A stretch of DNA of 64,000 nucleotides, from the IMG/VR virus record IMGVR_UViG_3300008110_010000, positions 124,001 to 188,000 of that record, one strand, 5' to 3'. Every line of letters begins with the position of its first letter. The first letter of the stretch is position 1. The translations under genes were made by a program, and so were the position numbers. This document shows, one piece after another, positions 56,028 to 64,000 of the stretch. The notes beneath the pieces are model-generated. The model had not been told where the DNA came from and searched no databases. It saw only the letters and a program-made list of their open reading frames with translations.

Positions 56028-56972
56028 ATGATTACTATTCAGGAGATATTAGGCACTGACTCGATCGCAGCCTCGAGACTTACCATTAATTCAAATTTCC
56101 TACTGGTTGAGAATGAAATAAATGATCTAGAGAACACATTCAATATTAATGTGGTAACGGGATCTATGGACATTTCTCAGGCCACCAGTGGACAATTAAA
56201 AGCCAAAACGTTTTTTGCTAACCAGGCAACTTTTCCAGCTTCTGGAACTGCTACTGTTAGTATTTACGGAACTGGTGCTAGCGCAGGAAATGCTTCATTT
56301 TCTGGAATCGTTTCATCCGGGCAAATTTCAGTTTCTGGAACAGGAACATTTAATCAGATCAATGCATCAGGAGCAGCAGTTTTTGGTTCCACTGCCAGAT
56401 TTGATGGAGATGTTACTTTCAATGGATCTGTAATAATCGGAGCTACTGGATCTTATATTGATAGAAATGCAACAGGTGCATCAGGGGCAACAAATGCTTT
56501 TCTTTCTCCTGGTAACGGAGGCGGCGGCATAACAGGTACATTTAGTAATCCCTATGTTCTAACTTTTGATGAAAGCGTGGTCTTTGCAAATTGTAGCTAT
56601 GTTAGTGGAGCAACAGGAGATTCCAGTAATCAAACAGGATTCTATTTTAGAGTTGCTACTGGGGACGGAGGATCTCTTAATCTACCAGCAGTTCCACAAG
56701 GTTTTAGACTTACTGTAGTAAATACCGGTCTTTATGCTGGATTAATAGGAACGGGGGTAAAAACACCTTTCACCGGTAATTATTATACTGGATTCAATAC
56801 TGATAATAACGCAGGAAGATTCCCTTCTGAAATTACTGTACCGGCTAGTTTACCTTATAAAGCTTCAGTAACCCTACAGTGGGAAAATAGATTGGGAAAG
56901 GGATCAGCAACACAGAACGGATCTTGGGTAGTAATATCAACTGCTGGACTTAGCGCTAGTGATCTAAGTTAA
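56028..56972 (+). CDS. Putative virion structural/fibre-like protein, Gly/Ser/Thr-rich
   Basis: SRLTINSNF N-terminal motif, beta-rich GATG-containing repeats, C-terminal SWVVI. Confidence 0.5.
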   Translation: MITIQEILGTDSIAASRLTINSNFLLVENEINDLENTFNINVVTGSMDISQATSGQLKAKTFFANQATFPASGTATVSIYGTGASAGNASFSGIVSSGQISVSGTGTFNQINASGAAVFGSTARFDGDVTFNGSVIIGATGSYIDRNATGASGATNAFLSPGNGGGGITGTFSNPYVLTFDESVVFANCSYVSGATGDSSNQTGFYFRVATGDGGSLNLPAVPQGFRLTVVNTGLYAGLIGTGVKTPFTGNYYTGFNTDNNAGRFPSEITVPASLPYKASVTLQWENRLGKGSATQNGSWVVISTAGLSASDLS

Positions 56973-56991
56973 AAATAAATTATAAAGCTGG

Positions 56992-59175
56992 ATGGCAAAA
57001 ACTCCATTTATTAGACCTCTTCAGACACAGGGCGGAACATTTTACACATTTAGCTCTGCGGCGGAAGATCTTGCCCTTACTTTTAACAACACTGTTAATA
57101 AGTTTAGATTTTCTAAGTATGTACTGTTAAACATCCCTGAATTTAGAGATCCTTTATATGGAGAGAATTCTATCCAATTTGATACTGTAGATTCTTCTTT
57201 TCTAGATGTTGCGGAGGGAAGTTTTGATTTGGTCGATCCAAATAATTTAAGTCCTAATTTGGAGGTGTCTTTTCAAAACTATTGTCTTAACCTAGAGTCA
57301 AGATTATTGTCTGATGAGAATTATAATCCAACACTGAAAAGAAACGTTTCTGAAAGAGTATTTTGGAAATGGATGAAAGAGCTTGGAGCTGTTAGATTTA
57401 GACCAGCTAACTCTAATGAAGTAGCTCCTGGATTAAATCAGAACGCAACTGGATTATCAGGGGGATTTCCTTTTTCTGACAAAAGATGGGTAGAGGAAGA
57501 TGACTATTCCATAGGAAACGGATCAGTTAAACCTAGATATTCTAGAATAGTTAAGTATATTGGAGAATGTGATATTGTAAACTCTGTACAGCATAAAAAT
57601 AATTCATACTCTGAAGTTTACATTCATGTTCCAACTGAGGATGGTCACACACCTCTTGTAATGTTTAAAACAACTGCGGATCAGAATTATTATCCTGGAC
57701 AAATATTAACACACAAACCAACCGATCCTTTAGATACAGAATATCTTCAAGGAAGAAGTCATAATGACGGAAATTACGGTCCTAATACTCTTCCAACTTT
57801 TGCCATTTATGATCAGGATGTTTTAGGTCAACCTGGAATAACTGGAACGTCTGCTACTGGAGCAACCTTTACTAATCAATGGTACTATCCAAGAAATACT
57901 GCAAACTCTTATTACACCGAATCATCATTCTTTGATTCAGATACTAATAGAATTACGAAGTATTTAAAAAATGGGACATACCAGACAAATTATAGAAGAT
58001 CTAATCTTGATGGTATTCAATTAGACTTTAATCCTGATAACTATAAACCTATTATCGACAATCCTTCTATATCAACTATAGAAGAATTCAATTCTGTTTC
58101 AGATTCAGGTTCTTTTGATTTTAATGCTGTTTTAATTTATTATGATGTATACGATCCTAATAATCCTGTCGATGCTGAAACTAATTTATATGGAATTTTA
58201 TTTTTAGAAGATGTAGAACCTATTTCCAACTCTGCTGGTAAAATTCCAACGTTCAAAAAGTACAAGCCGGATCCTATTACCAAACTAAATGGTAATTCGT
58301 ATGGCCTTAAAATTAACATTAAGTTTGATACTGATGTTGATAATACAGGAGTAGAATTAGCAGTAAATGACTATTCTTCTTTCTCCCTTTCCATGTTTAT
58401 GGATGCTGTAAATGTTTTACAGGATGCATCTAAAGCTTTAAATGATCAAACAACAGAGATCATTTCAATGAATACCAGAGTTACAACGCTTGAAGATTTA
58501 GTTGTCACTATGGATGACAATACATCTCTTTCTGCAAGGATTAAAGCTCTAGAAGATGCAATGGTAGCTAATCAATCATTATTTAAAAATACACAGGATA
58601 TCCTAGGATTAATTGAAAGAAATTACTTAATGGTTCAAAATATTCTAAACGGGACTACCAACATCAAGCTTTCTTATGATCTGGATCTAATTAAAAGCGG
58701 AACGGGAATAAATGTAGATAGATCTACACCCAATAGATTGGTTTTAAACAATTCAGTTCAGGGATATTCTTTACCTGAGGAAAATGGGTATAATTTTACC
58801 ATAAACCCAACTAACGGTAACACATTAGTTCTTAATCCTTTTAATAACTATTATAAGCATAAGAATTTTGGACTAACTATAAATTTAAATAACGATCTGG
58901 TATTTAAAATTGATGACACTAACAGTCACTGGAAAAAGGGACAATCATTTAGAATTGTCTTTGATGACAAATTGGTTTTAAATGGAAATAATCTTCTAAT
59001 ATACACTGATGCAAAAGGCTCTTATCCTCTTAGTGCACCAGGGGGAATTCCTTATGGAATATTAATTGGAGGATTCACCCAAACAAGTTTTAATTCATCA
59101 GACAATAAACCTATATTCGATATAGTTTGTGTTGACGAGAAAAACTTAGTTTTTGAAATAGATCAAATAAGATAA
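56992..59175 (+). CDS. Putative virion structural protein
   Basis: GGTFYTFSSAAEDL, FDFNAVLIYYD, NLYGILFL, NGNSYGLKINIKFD; coiled coil near the C-terminus; in the late structural run. Confidence 0.5.
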   Translation: MAKTPFIRPLQTQGGTFYTFSSAAEDLALTFNNTVNKFRFSKYVLLNIPEFRDPLYGENSIQFDTVDSSFLDVAEGSFDLVDPNNLSPNLEVSFQNYCLNLESRLLSDENYNPTLKRNVSERVFWKWMKELGAVRFRPANSNEVAPGLNQNATGLSGGFPFSDKRWVEEDDYSIGNGSVKPRYSRIVKYIGECDIVNSVQHKNNSYSEVYIHVPTEDGHTPLVMFKTTADQNYYPGQILTHKPTDPLDTEYLQGRSHNDGNYGPNTLPTFAIYDQDVLGQPGITGTSATGATFTNQWYYPRNTANSYYTESSFFDSDTNRITKYLKNGTYQTNYRRSNLDGIQLDFNPDNYKPIIDNPSISTIEEFNSVSDSGSFDFNAVLIYYDVYDPNNPVDAETNLYGILFLEDVEPISNSAGKIPTFKKYKPDPITKLNGNSYGLKINIKFDTDVDNTGVELAVNDYSSFSLSMFMDAVNVLQDASKALNDQTTEIISMNTRVTTLEDLVVTMDDNTSLSARIKALEDAMVANQSLFKNTQDILGLIERNYLMVQNILNGTTNIKLSYDLDLIKSGTGINVDRSTPNRLVLNNSVQGYSLPEENGYNFTINPTNGNTLVLNPFNNYYKHKNFGLTINLNNDLVFKIDDTNSHWKKGQSFRIVFDDKLVLNGNNLLIYTDAKGSYPLSAPGGIPYGILIGGFTQTSFNSSDNKPIFDIVCVDEKNLVFEIDQIR

Positions 59176-59176
59176 A

Positions 59177-62100
59177 ATGGCAGGTACTAAAAATTCAATA
59201 AGTTCACTACTAGCTCAATTTCTAAGACTTCAAAAAAACTCTTTAGAAATTATCAATAAGTTGAGTAACGCTACAACTTCGAAAGAAGATATTGTCAGCG
59301 TTGAATTTATTGATGAAAATAATAATGCTAGTACGATCTCGATTCCTTCTTGGGGTTATATTATAAACGAAATTAAGAGATTAGATTCTAATATTAAAAG
59401 ATTAAGTGGATTAGAAGACGGTGATGCAAATGTTAGAAATGCAGACGGGACTGTTTCTAGAATTTACGAAGCTAAACCTCTATTAGATCCTATAGCCCCT
59501 GCTAATTTGCAGGTTCCCTCTAATTTTAAATTTAGAAGCAATCATTTTTTTGAAAGCTTTTTAAATCCCCTTCTATTTGTATCTTTCAATCTGGATGGAC
59601 AGGTTGATTCTGAAACGAAAAGAGTTTTTGTAAAAAGAATTATAGCAAATACTTTTACTGACGCCCAAAAAAATTGGTTCGATACCAATTTAAAGGGTAG
59701 AAATGATATCAGTGACTCTGATTTAATGAGTGCTCTTACCGGGGAGGGAATAACTTACACTATAGACGAATCCCCAGAAGACTTACCTCTTAGGGTAATT
59801 AGATACAAGGGAAACTTTGCTGTTTTAAGAGTATTTGATACGATAGTTCCTGTGACAATTGGTGGACAAGTTGTTAATCAAACTGTAAGGAAATATAAAT
59901 TAGATACTATCACATACAAGGATCTAATTTCATCTGGATTAAATTCTGACCGACAAATTAAAGTAGGGGATCAATTAATGACTAAAGGAGGAAGTAAGCT
60001 AGAGGTTACTTCCATAGATCTTTCTGAATTAACCGTTGTATTAAAAAGAATTAGCGGATATGATCCAGTTCCAATTGGTGAGGGTGCACTAACCCTATCT
60101 TCTGATATACTTTCACCCCTTCAAGTTAATGTTAACATTGGACACGATGAAAGACAGGGGGTTTTTATTAAAGCCATTAACGATAATCACCATGTTACCG
60201 GTTCTACGTATAGTAACGGCGTTATTTTTTATTCCAATGAAATGATTATCGGAACTTCAAACGGAAACATGACACTTGATGAGTTTTATAAAACTCAAGT
60301 TGCAGATTTCGGGTCTCAATTTTTATCTAACACCAAAGAAAAGGTAATACCTTCGGTATATGGTTTAGTCCCAAATGTTCCAGTACTTAATTCTTCTAAT
60401 TTTAAAGTTGTACAAATTAACAAGCAGATCACTCAGTCTACAACATCTGAAAAATTTGCTGCAGCGGTTCAAAATAAGGTTAAGCTTCAAAACGAAATTG
60501 ATGCAATTAATAAATCTATAGATCAAACAAGAAGTGAGCTTGCAGATTTAACTATAACATCAGTCACAAAATCTACTGCATCATCTAGAGAAAGTTTAAT
60601 AGCAAAAATTGACAGTTTAACTAGAGAAAAATCTACTAAGACCTCTTTGTTACAAACTGTGATACAGGATCTAAATAATCTTTCTAGTGCTGCACCAGAA
60701 GTTACAGAAGCTCCTAAATATAGAGTAAGAGGATTTTGGCCAATTCCTTCCCCAATAGAGGATGGAAAATCAGGATCTCAAAGTGTTATACAATTCAGAG
60801 TAAGATACAGATATTTAACTAAGCAGGGTAACGCTACTAATGCGGAAGAGATTAAATTTTCGGATAACGACGGAACTGAAAGAAGAGCAACGTACAGTAA
60901 CTGGATAGAGTATAAAACAGATATTAGAAAAAAGTCCTATGACTCTGTAACTAAAAAATATTTCTGGAAAGACGAAGATGTTCAAGATGCTGATCTTCCT
61001 AACATTAATCAAATAGATATTCCTGTAACATCTGGAGAAAAAGTTGAAATTAAGGTATCATCTATTTCTGAAGCTGGCTGGCCTATGAATCCTTTAGAAT
61101 CTGATTTTTCTGGATCTGTTATAATAGATTTTCCAGAAGAGCTTTCTGTCGGAAACACTAACGAACAGTATGTTACACAAAACTCGAATGACCAGGTTTT
61201 AGTTTCCCTTCAGCAGGATTTAACTTCTAGAGGATTAGATTCGCATCTATCAACAGCATTTAATAGTGGAGATAAATATTTTGCCCACGTAGCTGATACC
61301 ATATCTTCAGGATTTTTTGATAGTACAGGAAGATCTCTGGATTTATATCAAAAAATATTAGCTATGGATAAAGAGATAGCTTCATTAAAAGCATTAATAT
61401 CTGTAGCTAAAGGAGTACTTACTGTTTATATTAAGAGCGGAAGCGATCTAATAAAAGTTAATAGAGGATCAGTTGTTGAACTATTTGCTGGATATTATGA
61501 CGAGCTAATAGATTTAACTAACTTTTCAAATTATGGAAAAATAGTTTCTGTTCTGTATTCTATAGAACTTAGAAATGAAACTGCTTCACCATTAGAGCTT
61601 GCATCTATTATTCCAGGAGGTCAAAATGTTATGTCTCTTGATAACACTAGTACTACTGCAACTCCGGATTATGCTACTAACAGAAAATATGATTTATCTC
61701 CTATTTCTTTAACAAGCATAAAACCCCTTGATGTAAGACCAAACCTAACAGGAAGAAATTCTTATATTCACGCATCTCCTTTCCAATCTGCGAATGCAAA
61801 TTCTCAATTCATTTATCCTAGATTTAAATCGGTAGGATTTGATGATGATTTATATTTCACTCCAAAAACAGGATTAACTTGGAATTCTGAAAGCGGGGTT
61901 AGTGGTGTTCCGGTAGATGGAGGAAGTTTAATTCCGTTTAAGCCCGGAGGTACTTCCACTCCTGGAACAGCTAATGCTAATATTTGGAACGGATCTTATG
62001 CATCCGGATCTCCTGTTGGAAACGGAAAGTTAAATGAGTTTTGCGTTCATATTTCGCATCCTACAATCGTGAATGAAGCTACAACAACATCTAAAAGTTT

Positions 62101-62710
62101 TGAGAATTTAATTCGTCCAATACAAGGAACCAGTGGATTTAATTACCCATCTTTTAGACATTCACTAGGATTTGAAGCTTCTTCTACCGATACATTGTTT
62201 GTTAATACAGTAACAAACCAGACCAAAAATTATCAGCAGCTTTCTTATAACCAGATTGCTACAAACTCTTATGGAGCTACTGGTGCAAATACCTCATATC
62301 CAGAAAAGCTAGGATTTAGTTCAGATGATGAATATTTGGTCGGAAAATATTCTTGCGGATCATATCTATTTATGTCTCCTTCAAGTCACTCTACGATCCA
62401 AGTTGAGGGTTCAACAACTCTAGCAACAAAAACGCTTTCTTCTGGTGAAGAAAATTCTATAGTTATACCCGTCTTATTCCAAATGAGATGTCAGGATAAA
62501 CTTGGCTATATAGGAGGATTTAGAAATAGCGGAGCGATAAGAAATATTACCTACACTAAAAAGATAGGGATAGATATAAAAGTAAATAATGAAGAGTTAT
62601 TTTCTTTTGACTTGTCAGTCTCAGGAAGCTATACTAAATCAGCATTAGCTTCTCCAACATATTCAAGTTTTAGAGACAGACTAGGAATAAGAAGACTCAT
62701 CGAGGCATAA
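59177..62710 (+). CDS. Large putative virion structural protein
   Basis: Coiled coil followed by KYRVRGFWPIP...QFRVRYRYL and NQIDIP...EIKVSSISEAGWP (FN3-like beta region). Confidence 0.5.
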   Translation: MAGTKNSISSLLAQFLRLQKNSLEIINKLSNATTSKEDIVSVEFIDENNNASTISIPSWGYIINEIKRLDSNIKRLSGLEDGDANVRNADGTVSRIYEAKPLLDPIAPANLQVPSNFKFRSNHFFESFLNPLLFVSFNLDGQVDSETKRVFVKRIIANTFTDAQKNWFDTNLKGRNDISDSDLMSALTGEGITYTIDESPEDLPLRVIRYKGNFAVLRVFDTIVPVTIGGQVVNQTVRKYKLDTITYKDLISSGLNSDRQIKVGDQLMTKGGSKLEVTSIDLSELTVVLKRISGYDPVPIGEGALTLSSDILSPLQVNVNIGHDERQGVFIKAINDNHHVTGSTYSNGVIFYSNEMIIGTSNGNMTLDEFYKTQVADFGSQFLSNTKEKVIPSVYGLVPNVPVLNSSNFKVVQINKQITQSTTSEKFAAAVQNKVKLQNEIDAINKSIDQTRSELADLTITSVTKSTASSRESLIAKIDSLTREKSTKTSLLQTVIQDLNNLSSAAPEVTEAPKYRVRGFWPIPSPIEDGKSGSQSVIQFRVRYRYLTKQGNATNAEEIKFSDNDGTERRATYSNWIEYKTDIRKKSYDSVTKKYFWKDEDVQDADLPNINQIDIPVTSGEKVEIKVSSISEAGWPMNPLESDFSGSVIIDFPEELSVGNTNEQYVTQNSNDQVLVSLQQDLTSRGLDSHLSTAFNSGDKYFAHVADTISSGFFDSTGRSLDLYQKILAMDKEIASLKALISVAKGVLTVYIKSGSDLIKVNRGSVVELFAGYYDELIDLTNFSNYGKIVSVLYSIELRNETASPLELASIIPGGQNVMSLDNTSTTATPDYATNRKYDLSPISLTSIKPLDVRPNLTGRNSYIHASPFQSANANSQFIYPRFKSVGFDDDLYFTPKTGLTWNSESGVSGVPVDGGSLIPFKPGGTSTPGTANANIWNGSYASGSPVGNGKLNEFCVHISHPTIVNEATTTSKSFENLIRPIQGTSGFNYPSFRHSLGFEASSTDTLFVNTVTNQTKNYQQLSYNQIATNSYGATGANTSYPEKLGFSSDDEYLVGKYSCGSYLFMSPSSHSTIQVEGSTTLATKTLSSGEENSIVIPVLFQMRCQDKLGYIGGFRNSGAIRNITYTKKIGIDIKVNNEELFSFDLSVSGSYTKSALASPTYSSFRDRLGIRRLIEA

Positions 62711-62716
62711 CTATAA

Positions 62717-64000
62717 ATGGCTACAAAAAAAGGAAAATATAAGTCATCGTTCGGGGTACTTAGATCTAATCCTAGGATTTCTGGTAACCTGAAGATCAGC
62801 GTTGATTCATCAGGAAATCTATGGTTTAATTCTATAGATTCAAATGATGAAATGTCTAAAAACCAATACAAAGGATATAGAATATCCCCCGATGGAGATT
62901 TTGCTCAGGATGTTTATAATTTCTTTGATGAAGGAAAAACCCCCGGGGATTTTGTTTTTGGTCTAAAAAACGAAAAAAGCCCAAAAGATACTTATACCTC
63001 CACATTAAGCGATCAATTTGATGGATTTTATCACGCAGGAGCGAACCCCTTAATATCTAATCTATACGAGGAAGAATTTTCATTCCTTGCTCCAATCAGA
63101 GTACAGAGGGATTTGCCTAAGTATTTTGTAATATTTAGAATAACCGATCCGATAGATTTTTCATATCTAATACCGGTTACATCTTTAACAGTTGGAAAAA
63201 CCTATAAGGTAGTTGAAAAATATGGACTTGATAAAAACTCTAATTCTTATCTTCCATATAAAATAAAATCTAGCGGTACGGAATATTCCTCCGGGGAGAT
63301 TTTTGTTGCTAGTTCTACTGGGTTTGATTTAGTTCAGGGTCAAGGCGATGTCATCCTTTTGGATTCAAATTATAACATACAATTCATAGGTGATGAGCAG
63401 GACCATTTTATAGAAAACATCTTACCAAAGTCCAGAATAGTTGCAACATATTCATTGCAGGAAGATTCTAAATTGGGAAAATATCTTTCTAAAATAAGGT
63501 CTAATATAAACTATACCCAGTCATTAATCGATGTTAAATTTGAGAAAGATTCCCTAACTACATACAATGGGGTCTCTATAAAGGACGGGGTTTTCTGTAA
63601 AAAGGGAGAGTATCTAAATTCTGTTTTTTCTGCTGATGCACCCATTATTGAAACTGATGAACTAATAACTGATGGATTTAAAAGAAATGGGGTTATTTCC
63701 CATAGTATATTAAATCTAGAGTTTCTTTTTAATGATCCTGATGCAGACCTATACAGTATCAATAGATATTATGGATTTTACGTCGATGATATAAAAACGG
63801 GTACGTTTAGATTATCAGCGGATTTATTTTTTAATAATTCCGCATCTGTTAATAATTTTCCGGAGCCAAAGTCACCTTATCAGATATCTGATAAAATGAC
63901 ATCTTCTTATTATCAGCAGAATGATAATGGATTAAGACTTTTCGTTGATCCTGATTCTATATGGGGTTACGTTCCTACATCAGACGATGTTCACACAAAC
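62717..64000 (+). CDS. Putative virion structural protein, 3'-truncated at window edge (absent from the ORF track)
   Basis: ATG 62717: MATKKGKYKSSFGVLRSNPRISGNLKISVDSSGNLWFNSID...; the frame appears open to the window end. Confidence 0.65.
   Translation, partial: MATKKGKYKSSFGVLRSNPRISGNLKISVDSSGNLWFNSIDSNDEMSKNQYKGYRISPDGDFAQDVYNFFDEGKTPGDFVFGLKNEKSPKDTYTSTLSDQFDGFYHAGANPLISNLYEEEFSFLAPIRVQRDLPKYFVIFRITDPIDFSYLIPVTSLTVGKTYKVVEKYGLDKNSNSYLPYKIKSSGTEYSSGEIFVASSTGFDLVQGQGDVILLDSNYNIQFIGDEQDHFIENILPKSRIVATYSLQEDSKLGKYLSKIRSNINYTQSLIDVKFEKDSLTTYNGVSIKDGVFCKKGEYLNSVFSADAPIIETDELITDGFKRNGVISHSILNLEFLFNDPDADLYSINRYYGFYVDDIKTGTFRLSADLFFNNSASVNNFPEPKSPYQISDKMTSSYYQQNDNGLRLFVDPDSIWGYVPTSDDVHTN

Noticed and set aside
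1-64000. Stop-codon reassignment as in some Bacteroidota jumbo phages
   Set aside because: Long ORFs tile the window in the standard code, and TAA, TAG and TGA all end genes at sensible boundaries.
1-64000. tRNA/rRNA genes, introns, inteins, transposases, integrase
   Set aside because: Intergenic gaps are short and none showed recognisable signatures by eye; a tRNAscan/Infernal run would be needed to exclude small RNAs.

Overview
A 64-kb, AT-rich, densely coding segment of a large T4-like (myovirus-type) jumbo phage, read in the standard genetic code and mostly on the + strand. It contains a head module (gp21-type prohead protease fused to a repetitive scaffold and interrupted by an 18-N assembly gap, followed by a gp23-type major capsid protein) and a long neck/baseplate module (gp53-, gp27-, gp5-, gp13-, gp25-, gp6-, gp7-like). 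Between them lie accessory genes: a NEIL1-like glycosylase, a 3'-5' exonuclease, a Pol-beta nucleotidyltransferase, a dNMP-kinase-like/AsnB pair, a RimK-protease fusion, a Nudix hydrolase, a four-domain S1 protein, an amidoligase-like protein and PhoH. A-rich leaders without Shine-Dalgarno motifs and Bacteroidota-type domains suggest a Bacteroidota host (inference). Four observations stand out. (1) An 11-gene, apparently soluble glycan-building cluster (GDP-fucose synthesis, a GT10 fucosyltransferase, further GTs, and pyruvyl-, acetyl- and methyltransferases) sits behind the same promoter-like motif as the virion genes. (2) A family of proteins carries N-termini resembling the T4 capsid-targeting signal, and these match the scaffold's own 14-aa repeat. 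(3) A recurrent GATATATA late-promoter-like motif occurs, in one case inside a hairpin that covers a start codon. (4) The DNA glycosylase resembles metazoan NEIL1. All family assignments come from motif recognition by eye; no database searches were run. No tRNA, rRNA, CRISPR array or mobile element was recognised.
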